A DNA stretch of 64,000 bases, taken from sequence record DRR378314_17; one strand, written 5' to 3'. A program made the position numbers and the translations under genes. The notes beneath the pieces were generated by a model. The model did no database searches and was not told the DNA's origin. It saw only the letters and a list, made by a program, of their open reading frames with translations. Positions 19,857 to 29,515 of this stretch are shown one piece after another; positions within the stretch are counted from its first letter, which is position 1, and each line of letters opens with the position of its first letter.

Positions 19857-20282
19857 ATGGCAAAACCATCAATGCCACGAGATTTAAGAAAGAAGATATT
19901 GCTTGGTGTAGCTGTTACGGCCATTCCTCTGGCCGGGTGTGATCTGATAAATGTAGATGGGTCTTCAACCGGCGGTACTTCCGCTGGCATAACAGCATCG
20001 CCTGACGAAGTTGCCGCATTTGAAGCGGCGAAATCACAGGGAACTGTTGCTTCGGTTGAACAGTTTCTTCGAAGCTACCCTGATAGCGCACTGGTGCGTA
20101 AGCTGCTTCAGGATCAGTCAACGACCACCCTCCGGCGGATCAATGAAGGTGTCGTTCGCAATCTTAGCCCCGCTGTTGTCAGCTCGCTTTCACCCCGCGT
20201 AAAACAGGCGCTTAGGTTAGACATAGATTCTGGTGCGGGTAATGAGGGGCGCAGCGGAGCTTCTGATGGTTACAGCGGCTAA
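19857..20282 (+). CDS. Small lipoprotein of unknown function with Ser/Gly-rich segments
   Basis: Lipobox LAGC, one 'FL..YP' helical repeat, and a tail ending SGASDGYSG. Confidence 0.8.
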   Translation: MAKPSMPRDLRKKILLGVAVTAIPLAGCDLINVDGSSTGGTSAGITASPDEVAAFEAAKSQGTVASVEQFLRSYPDSALVRKLLQDQSTTTLRRINEGVVRNLSPAVVSSLSPRVKQALRLDIDSGAGNEGRSGASDGYSG

Positions 20283-20299
20283 CCGTCGAACGGCAGCGC

Positions 20300-23200
20300 G
20301 TGAAACCGAGTTCCTCTTCCGCTGAAAGTAGCCACCCGGCCTCGGTTTCTATCATCGTGACCAACTATAATTATGGCCATTATCTTCAGGCGTGCCTGGA
20401 TAGCTTGCACGCCCAGACGAGCGCGCCGGACGAGATCATTGTCGTCAATGACGGATCAACCGATGGCAGTGCTGATATACTTGCGAGTCAACGGCGGGTG
20501 ACCGTAATCGATCAACCCAATGGTGGGCAAGCTGCGGCGTTCAATGCAGGGTTTGCGGCGAGCTGCGGTGAGATCGTGATGTTTGTCGATGCAGATGACA
20601 AACTTGATCCGCAGGCGATTGAGGTTGTCCGCCGGTTGTGGAGCGATGATATTTCCGCCCTGTCCTATGGGCTTCGTATGATCGATGGGCAGGGGCGGGG
20701 AATTGGCCAATATGCGATGGATTTACCAGACAGTGACTTGCTGGGCCGCATGCTCAGCCATCTGGCTATCCCGTTTATGCCTACCAGTGGGAATGCTTTT
20801 CGCCGCGACGCCATTGGTTGGGCTTTTCCTTTGCCGACCGAACGCTGGCGTATAAGTGCGGATGCGCTGCTTGTGCGGGTGGCGGTCATGGCGGCCCCGA
20901 TCCGGCAGATCCGGCAGACTCTCGGGGCATATCGGGTTCATGGTCAGAATAATTATTTTCGCAGTGGCGCCTCTGGCCCGTGGCGTGCCAATCGTGGGTT
21001 GCGCGACATTGCGCAAGCCGGGTTGGACCTGATTGCGCTGTCAGATCGGGCCGAGCGGGATTTGCCGCGTGCCCACCGCATTAAGCTGTTGTTTGCAGCC
21101 ACACGAAGCCAGATGAAAGCGGAGAATCTCATATTCGACGCACAGGCGTTAATCGGGTTTCGCAAAAAGGCGTTGACGCTTGCCCGCGGTGCGAGAATTT
21201 CGGCCAGCCTGTGGGCGTATCTGACCTGTGCCCGCTATAGCCCGACGATCCGAAAGTGGGGCATCGATCCACGCTACCAACCGCGCATTGTTGGTTTGGT
21301 TTTGGACGTGTTTCGGGGCCGTGGGCTAACCCGTGATCTGAATGAGCCTGTGGCAGTCCGCGCACCCTTTGCCACACGTCTTACGCCAGGGGTTGCGCCG
21401 CCTCAGGACCCGCTGGAATGGTTGAAGGGACCGGAATGGTCTCGCGATCACAGCACTGGGGGCGCGGATCTGAGCGCTGATGTCGGCCGGTTCACACTTG
21501 CCCGGGCATGGTCTGGTCCTGCGCGGCTTAGCTTAGAAATAGGCCCGCTTCCGGGACCACCACTGGATGTCGCGGTGTTTCACAATGGGATGCCTTTGGG
21601 TTCCGATGAAGTGAAATCGAGTGCGACGCTTGAGTTCCTGCTGCCCGAAGCATCCTCAATGCCACCACCGCCAGATGAAATCGAATTGCGGATCAGAGAT
21701 CGGATCAGTGCTCGGTTCGGGCCGTTGTCACGGGCTTGGCACAGGGCTCATCGTCTGCAGATCCATCGCATCGGGTTGAAACCAGAACCGGCCGAGCCAC
21801 CTTCAGCCGTAGTACCGGTGACCGGTTCTGCGCAAATGTCTGGGCTTGGCGATGTGGTGCAAAAGCGAAATGGACAAGTGCTGCTGGGTGAGCGGTTGAT
21901 CGGATCAGGCGAGTCGCTGTCAATTGCGATACCACCGCTGAAGCCGCCCTTTTGCCTGCAGTTGAACTTCGCGCCAAATCAGGTGCCCGGCGCGTTGACA
22001 CTCGGGTTAAACGGTACCCTCTACCACGCTGAAATCGGCCCATCGGGTCAATGTCTGATCGAGATACCCCAGACACTGGACGTTTTTCATAGCCCTGCGG
22101 TGATACGTTTCGATCTGCAACCAACCGAGTTTCTGGACGATCCGGTAGTCGCATTGCAAAGCCTGAGCTGGCTGCCCGAAGGGCCGATTGGACGCTATGG
22201 ATTGCCTGCATTGGCACCGGGCGGTTGGGCCGGCCCTGGGGCAGGGCAAGCGTTGCTGCCGTTCCTGTCAGATGGATGGCAACATGATCCGGACGGAACC
22301 GCGTTGATGCTGGGCAGCGCTGCACGACTTGTGCTTTCTCAAGCGGCGGTGGGTGCGGACGCGGTGCTGCGCCTTGATCTGGAGCCTTTAGACCCGTTGG
22401 CCCTGCGCGATAGGCTGGTGCTGGTGATCAGCGCTGATGGCACCCCTCGCACAACAGTGCAACTGACGGGTCCGGGTGTTGTTGACGTAGATCTTGGTGA
22501 ACTTCTGGCAGGTCCGCGCCACCGGATTGAAGTTGACATAATCGCAGCCACCCGTCCGCCGAACGACCAAGAGGATGAGGTCGCGGGAGATCACGGTGGA
22601 CTGCGTTTGAACCGGATTGGATTAGCAGCCGGGACCGCGCAGGTAGATGAAACTGCCAAATCTGTTCAGGCTCTACCAGATATGCATTTGGCCCGCGTTC
22701 TGACGCAGTTGCGGAAGGCATTACGGCAAGGGGCTGACAGCGGAACACTTGCGACACTCAGAGACGAGCTTTTGAAGGCAATCTCCGCGCTCAGTCCCTC
22801 GGCTGCGTTTGGGGGCCTGACCGCGGATGATTTGGAAACACTGGTTCAAGTCTCTGCGAAACTTCCGTTCCACAGACAGGAATTTAAGTCCTTGGATGGG
22901 GCCGACTGGCTGCGTGATTTGGCGCAGCGGATATTGCAGGGCCCGGGCTTTGTTACTCTGCAGGGCGTGAAACTGACCACGCTACCCGAGTTGACGCCCG
23001 ATTTTGCCCAGGTATTCGGTCGCTATCTTGTCGCCGATCCGGTTGCGGGGACCTCGAAATTAGATTTGCAGACTTATCAGGAACATCTGGTATCGGTGCT
23101 GGCTCAGGCACGCGCCGCTATTGCCAGCAGTCCCGAAGACAGCCCGCTCGGTCACCTGGCGGATCACATCGTCACCTCTTTCGAAGCCCGACAATTACTG

Positions 23201-25090
23201 TTCAGCGACCTGCCGCTGCGACCCCATGTTCAGGGGTTTGCACATGCGCTTGAAGCCAAATTGCTGCGTGCAGGGTTCGATCTGTTTGCTCCGCAAGCCA
23301 GCCAATTCGGAGCACGCCGTGGTCCGTTGAAAATTGGGGTGATCCTGCACGACACGAAACCTTCACCCGAAACCTGGATATGGCGGGCGCTGTTGCGCAA
23401 GCTTCCTGCTGATCGGGCAGAGGTGACGATGTTTCTGACCGAACAGAACGCCGCTCCTGCGTCGGGTTTCGAAGGATGCAAGGTTGTTGGCCTGGCGGGG
23501 CATTCTCTTTCGGCGACCGTGGCAGCCATACGAAGGGCGCAGATGGATGTTATAATACTGGGCGCAAACTTTTATGGTCATTGCTTCATGGCCGAAGTTT
23601 GCGCCCATCGATTGGCACCACGGCAGATTGCTTTGTCGGCCGCGTTTCCTGCGACCACGGGCTTCGCAAGTGTAGACAGCTTTGTTCTGGGTAAATCGGT
23701 TGCGCCGTCTCGTGCGTCCAAAGACTATTCTGAATCAGTATTGTGGGCCCCGGGTGCTGGGCAGGCGTTCGACATTCCACCTGCGCCCGATGTTGATGAC
23801 CAGTCGAAACAGTTGACACGCCGCCGCGTGGGTGTTGAGGACGGGTCGGTCATGCTGGTGAGCGGCGCGATGAGTGATAAGATTGGGGCAGAAGTCTTGC
23901 AGGTCTGGACGCAGGCGTTAGCTGCCGTGCCAGACGCAGTGCTGGTGCTTTATCCTTTTGCCGAAAGTTGGCAGCAGACATATGATACCTCGGCCTTTAA
24001 CGCCCGCGTGTCAGAGGCCTGCAGGGCCTCGGATATTGATCCGCAACGCATTCGCATTTTGCCACCGATCCCGAATATCGAGGTCAAGCAGGTGTTGGCT
24101 GCTGCAGACCTTTATCTGGACAGTTTCCCTTATTCCGGGGCCACGACGACGGTCGAAGCCCTGCAGTGCAACCTGCCGGTTGTTGCGATGAAAGGCACCA
24201 CTCAGCGCGGTCAACAGGCGGCGGGATGGCTGTCAGAATTCGGGCTTGATGATTTGATTGCCACGTCGCGCCGCGCCTATGTCGAGATTGTAGCCGGTAT
24301 TGCGAGCGATCCTGCACGATTGTCCGCGGTTCGAGACCGGATCGCAGAAAACCGGGATGCGGCGATGGCGCAACATGAATTCGCGAAATGGTTCGAGGAT
24401 TTGCTTCTGCCTCGATCTCAGACTGGGTCGGAGCCGCATTACTTGTTTCACCACATGCCAAAAACCGGGGGCACCAGCCTGAAACGGATTTTCGGCAGTT
24501 GGTTTGATTTGGTCGAGGATTATCGCGCACCCTGGGCCTACATCATGCCACCCAAATTAGATCTGGAAACACTTGGCCCAAACGCCATGCTGTGTGGTCA
24601 CTTTGCTGCCGATCGGGCGCCACTGCTGGAAAGGTATCCACAAACCGCTGAACCTGATCGATGGCGCAAAATCACTTTTCTGCGCGATCCGCTAGAGCGG
24701 GCGATTTCGATTCACGCTTACGAAAAGAAACTGCGGCTAGAATATGATCAGACCTATGAACCTCTTCCGTTGGGAGAGTATCTGCGCAGCAATGAGGGAA
24801 TCTTTCTGACGCATTTCGAGTGCGATGAAAGCGACTGGCAAAAGGCATTGGACAGTTATTGGTTTATCGGCACATTGGAACGGATGCCCGAGTGTCTGAA
24901 CTATCTGGCCGCCGCATTGGGTAAATCTGGCCCCGATTTGTTGCCGCATGACAATGCGAGCCCGCGTACCGAAAAGGTCACCGATGAAGATATTGCCAGC
25001 TTCCGCGCCAACAACGCGATCGAGTTTGAGATTTACGACGCTGTAGCCGCGCGGTTGGATGTGTTATTGACCGAGCATTCGGGCGATTAG
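20300..25090 (+). CDS. 1596-aa multidomain enzyme: GT2, central beta-rich region, GT41 (OGT/SPINDLY/HMW1C-like), sulfotransferase
   Basis: GT2: VSIIVTNYNY, NDGSTD, FVDADD. GT41: RLAPRQ, PATTG, DLYLDSFPYSGATTTVEAL..LPVV. Sulfotransferase: HHMPKTGGTS and FLRDPLERAIS. Confidence 0.88.
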   Translation: MKPSSSSAESSHPASVSIIVTNYNYGHYLQACLDSLHAQTSAPDEIIVVNDGSTDGSADILASQRRVTVIDQPNGGQAAAFNAGFAASCGEIVMFVDADDKLDPQAIEVVRRLWSDDISALSYGLRMIDGQGRGIGQYAMDLPDSDLLGRMLSHLAIPFMPTSGNAFRRDAIGWAFPLPTERWRISADALLVRVAVMAAPIRQIRQTLGAYRVHGQNNYFRSGASGPWRANRGLRDIAQAGLDLIALSDRAERDLPRAHRIKLLFAATRSQMKAENLIFDAQALIGFRKKALTLARGARISASLWAYLTCARYSPTIRKWGIDPRYQPRIVGLVLDVFRGRGLTRDLNEPVAVRAPFATRLTPGVAPPQDPLEWLKGPEWSRDHSTGGADLSADVGRFTLARAWSGPARLSLEIGPLPGPPLDVAVFHNGMPLGSDEVKSSATLEFLLPEASSMPPPPDEIELRIRDRISARFGPLSRAWHRAHRLQIHRIGLKPEPAEPPSAVVPVTGSAQMSGLGDVVQKRNGQVLLGERLIGSGESLSIAIPPLKPPFCLQLNFAPNQVPGALTLGLNGTLYHAEIGPSGQCLIEIPQTLDVFHSPAVIRFDLQPTEFLDDPVVALQSLSWLPEGPIGRYGLPALAPGGWAGPGAGQALLPFLSDGWQHDPDGTALMLGSAARLVLSQAAVGADAVLRLDLEPLDPLALRDRLVLVISADGTPRTTVQLTGPGVVDVDLGELLAGPRHRIEVDIIAATRPPNDQEDEVAGDHGGLRLNRIGLAAGTAQVDETAKSVQALPDMHLARVLTQLRKALRQGADSGTLATLRDELLKAISALSPSAAFGGLTADDLETLVQVSAKLPFHRQEFKSLDGADWLRDLAQRILQGPGFVTLQGVKLTTLPELTPDFAQVFGRYLVADPVAGTSKLDLQTYQEHLVSVLAQARAAIASSPEDSPLGHLADHIVTSFEARQLLFSDLPLRPHVQGFAHALEAKLLRAGFDLFAPQASQFGARRGPLKIGVILHDTKPSPETWIWRALLRKLPADRAEVTMFLTEQNAAPASGFEGCKVVGLAGHSLSATVAAIRRAQMDVIILGANFYGHCFMAEVCAHRLAPRQIALSAAFPATTGFASVDSFVLGKSVAPSRASKDYSESVLWAPGAGQAFDIPPAPDVDDQSKQLTRRRVGVEDGSVMLVSGAMSDKIGAEVLQVWTQALAAVPDAVLVLYPFAESWQQTYDTSAFNARVSEACRASDIDPQRIRILPPIPNIEVKQVLAAADLYLDSFPYSGATTTVEALQCNLPVVAMKGTTQRGQQAAGWLSEFGLDDLIATSRRAYVEIVAGIASDPARLSAVRDRIAENRDAAMAQHEFAKWFEDLLLPRSQTGSEPHYLFHHMPKTGGTSLKRIFGSWFDLVEDYRAPWAYIMPPKLDLETLGPNAMLCGHFAADRAPLLERYPQTAEPDRWRKITFLRDPLERAISIHAYEKKLRLEYDQTYEPLPLGEYLRSNEGIFLTHFECDESDWQKALDSYWFIGTLERMPECLNYLAAALGKSGPDLLPHDNASPRTEKVTDEDIASFRANNAIEFEIYDAVAARLDVLLTEHSGD

Positions 25091-26119
25091 ATCATGGGCC
25101 GAATAACGCGGGGCCCAGCCAGGGTAATCAGCCTGAAACGCGCGCGTGTCCGATATCCACCATCGATGATCCCCATACCTAGGATCAGGATTATTCTGAC
25201 GCGGAACCTCGCGACCTAGCAGGTCCTGTGCGATGTCCAGCGCCTCGATTACCGAAACCGAACTGTTGCGCCCGCCACCGATGTTATAGACGCCCAGTTG
25301 CTTGTCCCCCTGAACCACACGCACAAAGGCCTCGGCCAGATCGTCGGCATGCAGATTGTCGCGCACTTGCTTGCCGCCATTACCAATCACCTCGTAGGTA
25401 TCGCCGCGCAGAGCCGAGCGGCAAAGGTAGGACAGGAACCCATGCGCTTTGGCACCGCTATGATCTTCACCAGTCAGGCAGCCGGCCCGAAACACCGCCG
25501 CTTTCAGACCAAATCGAGTGGCATATTCCTGAACCATCAAATCAGCAGCAACTTTTGACACACCAAATAGGCTGTGCTGGGTTTGGTCGATTGACATGGT
25601 CTCATCTATGCCATGCGCGTAATACGGGTGATCCGGCGATGGCTCCAACCTACTGGCATGTTCCTGCAAAGGCAGCAGGTTGGGACGCGCTCCATAAACC
25701 TTGTTGGTCGAGGTGAACAGAAACGCAGCGCTCGGGGCAAAGAAACGGCAGGCCTCTAGAAGGTTCAGGGTCGCCGTGGCGTTGATGGTGAAATCAGTAG
25801 TGGGATCGCCGGCAGCCCAATCATGCGAGGGTTGCGCAGCCGCATGGACCACCACGGCAAGTTCCCCGCCGATTTGCCGGAACAAGGCGTGGATCGCGTC
25901 GTTGTCGCGAATGTCCAGATCGTGGTGTACATAGCCAGGGCAGTCAGCCGCAAGCACCGACTGCTTGCCCGCGTTGCTGGCGGCATCGCCAAACAGAACC
26001 CGCCGCATGTCATTGTCGATGCCGATGACTTCAAATCCCAGCGTGGCAAAACGGCGAACAGCAGCTGCCCCGACTAGTCCCAGCGATCCGGTCACAAGGG
26101 CCAGGCTTTTTGTGGTCAC
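25064..26119 (-). CDS. NAD-dependent nucleotide-sugar epimerase/dehydratase (CDP-paratose 2-epimerase-like SDR)
   Basis: Motifs TGSLGLVG, HAAAQPSHDWA, STNKVYG, SLFGVSK and GKQVRD; convergent 27-nt overlap with the GT gene. Confidence 0.85.
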   Translation of the reverse strand: MTTKSLALVTGSLGLVGAAAVRRFATLGFEVIGIDNDMRRVLFGDAASNAGKQSVLAADCPGYVHHDLDIRDNDAIHALFRQIGGELAVVVHAAAQPSHDWAAGDPTTDFTINATATLNLLEACRFFAPSAAFLFTSTNKVYGARPNLLPLQEHASRLEPSPDHPYYAHGIDETMSIDQTQHSLFGVSKVAADLMVQEYATRFGLKAAVFRAGCLTGEDHSGAKAHGFLSYLCRSALRGDTYEVIGNGGKQVRDNLHADDLAEAFVRVVQGDKQLGVYNIGGGRNSSVSVIEALDIAQDLLGREVPRQNNPDPRYGDHRWWISDTRAFQADYPGWAPRYSAHDLIARMLGQ

Positions 26120-26246
26120 GCACAGGGTCTCCGGCTGGTTTGGGATATGCGGAAAATCCCATATCCTTATCGCAAAACGTAACGATATCGCGTATAAGGA
26201 ACAAGCTTATTTAAGGTTTCACAATTGCTCAGCTCTTCGGTTTCAG

Positions 26247-28034
26247 ATGGTGCGGCTTAGAATTTTCATAACGACAGCGCTGTTTTTTTTGGTGCTGGCG
26301 GCCACGGGGTTGGCTCAGTCTGCCGGGCCGGGGAATGGAAAACGCGTGGCTTTTGTGGTCGGAAATTCGGCCTATCAAGGTCGTTTGGGAGAGTTGCGTA
26401 ATCCCGTCAATGACGCCACAGATATTGCCGCTAGGCTTGAGCAACTAGGATTTGAGGTCATTCTTGCCACCGACCTGAGTTTGCGCGCCTTTCGGGCATC
26501 ATTGCTGAATTTTGCCACCGCAATCGAAGGTGCTGAAACCTCGTTATTCTTCTATGCGGGGCATGGTGTGCAGGTGAATGACGAAAACCACCTGATACCG
26601 GTGGATGCGCGGATTGATCGGGACCGCAATCTGTCGGATGAGACAATCACCGTGAACCGGATCGTGGGTCTGATGAACCAGTTCACCGAAACTTCGATTG
26701 TTCTATTGGATGCCTGTCGTGACAATCCGCTGACCAGCGACATACCCATCGGTGGGCAGGTCGATGGGTTTGGCCGTGGTCTGGCCAGGGTCAGGGCAGA
26801 TGGAGGGTCCTACATCGCCTTTGCCACAGCACCCGGCAATGTCGCCTATGACGGAGAAGGGCGGAACAGCCCGTTTACCACTGCTTTGCTGAATCACATC
26901 GCAACACCCAATATCGACATTCGCCTGATGATGGCTGATGTACGGCGCGATGTATTCGCCGCTACGCAGCAAAGGCAATTGCCGTGGGAGAATAACTCAC
27001 TGATTGGGCGGTTCTTCTTCGACGAAAACAGTGCATTGCAACGCCTGGACAGCAATGCCCGCAGCGAGGTTGAGGCCTGGCAGGCGATTGCGAACTCAAA
27101 TCAGCGCGAAGACTATGCCGCCTTTTTGCAGGCTTTCCCTGATGGTAATTTTGCTTCGGTCGCCAGCCTGAAGATCGGGGCGCTTGAACAGGCAGAGGAA
27201 CGCGCAAGCGCTGCGCAGTCGGCCTTTGTACTTGCGCGCGCCACCAACACAGAGGACCAGTGGAACAATTTTCTTGAAACCTTCCCCGAAGGGATTCTGG
27301 CAGATATTGCGCGCGAGGAATTGCAGGACCTTCAAGACGATCTGGAACGCAACCGTATGACGCTGGAGGAAATTCACTGGCGCTCGATTGAACCGTCGCG
27401 CTCAGCTCCGGATTTCCGGATGTTCCTTTCACTTTATCCCAACGGAGAGTTCTCTGATCTTGCCGAGCAACGTCTGGAAGCGACCCTGCGCGCAGAAGAG
27501 ATCGTTGGTGCATTGACCGATGGCGCATCACCCGAAGACGTCAGCGATGTGCGGCTTGAACGCGAGATAAAGCGCAAGGTAACGCAGATACCGGTGCAGT
27601 TCATCCAATACGGATTGAATGCGCTCGGGCATCAGGTGACCGATATTTCCGGTGTACTGGATGCACCCACACGTCGGGCTGTCCGCAATTATCAGGCGAC
27701 GATCGGTGCAACGCAATCGGGCCGGCTGACACCACAGCAAATCGTTGATCTATTGCTGTCGGCCGCAGCGTTGGGTGACAGCCATGCACTGACAGCGACG
27801 GGGATCATGCTGACCTCGGGGCAGGGGTTGCGCAAGAATGAGGAGATGGCGCGCCAATGGCTGGACCGAGCCGCGGATCAGGGCAATGGGCTGGCGATGG
27901 CCAATCTGGGGATCCTGTATCGCGACGGGCTGGGGGGCGAACGTGATCTGTCTAAGGCCCGGTCATTGTTGACGGTTGCGGTGACTCTGGGGGTCGAAGG
28001 GGCCGAGCCTGTATTACGGAGCCTTGGGAATTGA
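26247..28034 (+). CDS. Exported caspase-family (peptidase C14) protein with helical repeats, a peptidoglycan-binding domain and Sel1 repeats
   Basis: Signal peptide; LRNPVNDA; dyad FFYAGHG and LLDACRDNP; IQYGLNALG...TRRAVRNYQ (PG_binding_1-like); WLDRAADQGN..AMANLGILYRDGLG (Sel1). Confidence 0.9.
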   Translation: MVRLRIFITTALFFLVLAATGLAQSAGPGNGKRVAFVVGNSAYQGRLGELRNPVNDATDIAARLEQLGFEVILATDLSLRAFRASLLNFATAIEGAETSLFFYAGHGVQVNDENHLIPVDARIDRDRNLSDETITVNRIVGLMNQFTETSIVLLDACRDNPLTSDIPIGGQVDGFGRGLARVRADGGSYIAFATAPGNVAYDGEGRNSPFTTALLNHIATPNIDIRLMMADVRRDVFAATQQRQLPWENNSLIGRFFFDENSALQRLDSNARSEVEAWQAIANSNQREDYAAFLQAFPDGNFASVASLKIGALEQAEERASAAQSAFVLARATNTEDQWNNFLETFPEGILADIAREELQDLQDDLERNRMTLEEIHWRSIEPSRSAPDFRMFLSLYPNGEFSDLAEQRLEATLRAEEIVGALTDGASPEDVSDVRLEREIKRKVTQIPVQFIQYGLNALGHQVTDISGVLDAPTRRAVRNYQATIGATQSGRLTPQQIVDLLLSAAALGDSHALTATGIMLTSGQGLRKNEEMARQWLDRAADQGNGLAMANLGILYRDGLGGERDLSKARSLLTVAVTLGVEGAEPVLRSLGN

Positions 28035-28729
28035 GGGCGCTGTTGATCCTGCTTGTCGGGGTGTTGCCCGTACCTGCCACTGCACAATTGCTGTTGCCGA
28101 CGCCCGAGTTGAGGGTGGAAAAAGACTGTGACATCTGCCCCGAAATGGTGATCCTTCCCGATGGTCTGTATATGAGCCGCGCGCCCGTGATGGTCGAAGA
28201 GTTTTGGGCTTATGTTCAGGAAACTGGCTATAAAAACGACGGCTGGGGCTGCAAATGGAATTTTCCGGGCTTTGAGCAAGGGCCGCGCCATCCGGCAACT
28301 TGCATCACCTATGAGGGCGCTCAGATTTACGCCGATTGGCTTCGTTCGAAAACCGGCAAACCCTATCGTTTGCCGACCGCCGAAGAGCTAACTTATGCGG
28401 TGATGGCCTCCGAAACTACAAACTACTGGTGGGGTCAGCAGATCGGTCGGGACCGCGCAACCTGTCTGGGATGTGGTCGTGCTATGGACGCGGTGGGTAC
28501 GACGCCGGTGGATTTGCACGAGGCCAATCCGTTCAACCTGTTGGATGCGGTGGGCAATGTCTGGATTTGGACCAGCGATTGCAACTCTGCCACCTGTGAA
28601 GAGCGCATTTTGTTGAGCGGAGGGTGGTCGAGCCCGCCGTCGGATCTGCGGATGAGTAAACGCGTGTTCAACGGTGTAAGCGTACCTTTCAATACATATG
28701 GCATCCGGGTGGTGAGGGATTTCGAATGA
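28031..28729 (+). CDS. FGE-sulfatase (SUMF1)-fold exported protein, TagR-like
   Basis: Motifs DCDICPEMV, HPATCI, YRLPTAEE, NPFNLLDAVGNVWIW and GIRVVRD; overlaps the caspase stop. Confidence 0.85.
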   Translation: MRALLILLVGVLPVPATAQLLLPTPELRVEKDCDICPEMVILPDGLYMSRAPVMVEEFWAYVQETGYKNDGWGCKWNFPGFEQGPRHPATCITYEGAQIYADWLRSKTGKPYRLPTAEELTYAVMASETTNYWWGQQIGRDRATCLGCGRAMDAVGTTPVDLHEANPFNLLDAVGNVWIWTSDCNSATCEERILLSGGWSSPPSDLRMSKRVFNGVSVPFNTYGIRVVRDFE

Positions 28730-29511
28730 TTGACGTAAGAATGCTATGGGCCGTTTTATTGTTCTGCCTGATGGGGGGCGCCGCCTGGGCACAGGTCGCA
28801 GGCGAGGTCTTCGCCGATTGCGATGGCTGCCCCGAGATGATCCTGCTCGACGATGGTACTGCCATCGGCGCAACTCTGGTCACCCGTGCGCAATTCGCCG
28901 ATTTCGCGGCTGAATCTGAAATACCGGGCACCGAAAGCTGTTTCATCCGTATCGCAAAGCGATGGAAGAACACGCCCGGCAAAGGCTGGTCAGATCCGGG
29001 TTTTGAACAAGGCCCGGATCATCCTGCGGTTTGTATGAACTGGCTTGAAGCCACGGCGTACGCCGACTGGCTAAGTGAGAAGACAGGGCAGTATTACCGC
29101 CTGCCAACCTTTGAGGAATCTATGGCGACCACGGCGGCAGGGGCGGACACGGCCTATTGGTGGGGAGATGATTTTTCAGAGGTCTGTACCCGCGCCAATG
29201 CCGCCGATGCCAATTTCAAAGCGGCGTTTCCCGAAGATGGGCGCAAAATTCTGACGTGTGATGACGGATATGCGTATACCTCACCAGTCAAGGCCTACCC
29301 GCCCAATCCATTGGGGCTTTATGATGCGGTGGGCAATGTCTGGCAGTGGACCAATACCTGTCTCAAGGGCGATTGCTCGAACGCGCTGTTTCGCGGTGCT
29401 TCCTGGGTTGTTCCAGCGCAAAACCACTTTCGCAATGACGGGCAATGGGCTGATCGGATCATTCTGCGCAACTCGGCCGTAGGCTTTCGCGTCCTGCGGG
29501 ACGTGCAGTAG
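28726..29511 (+). CDS. Second FGE-sulfatase-fold exported protein, TagR-like
   Basis: Signal peptide; [36 protein letters not shown] and GFRVLRD. Confidence 0.85.
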   Translation: MIDVRMLWAVLLFCLMGGAAWAQVAGEVFADCDGCPEMILLDDGTAIGATLVTRAQFADFAAESEIPGTESCFIRIAKRWKNTPGKGWSDPGFEQGPDHPAVCMNWLEATAYADWLSEKTGQYYRLPTFEESMATTAAGADTAYWWGDDFSEVCTRANAADANFKAAFPEDGRKILTCDDGYAYTSPVKAYPPNPLGLYDAVGNVWQWTNTCLKGDCSNALFRGASWVVPAQNHFRNDGQWADRIILRNSAVGFRVLRDVQ

Positions 29512-29515
29512 CCAG

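Noticed and set aside
28031-29511. The FGE pair as diversity-generating retroelement targets or as sulfatase-activating enzymes
   Set aside because: There is no reverse transcriptase, template repeat or sulfatase in the window. The shared stretch GATGCGGTGGGCAATGTCTGG simply encodes the conserved DAVGNVW motif, and the catalytic Cys motif is absent.
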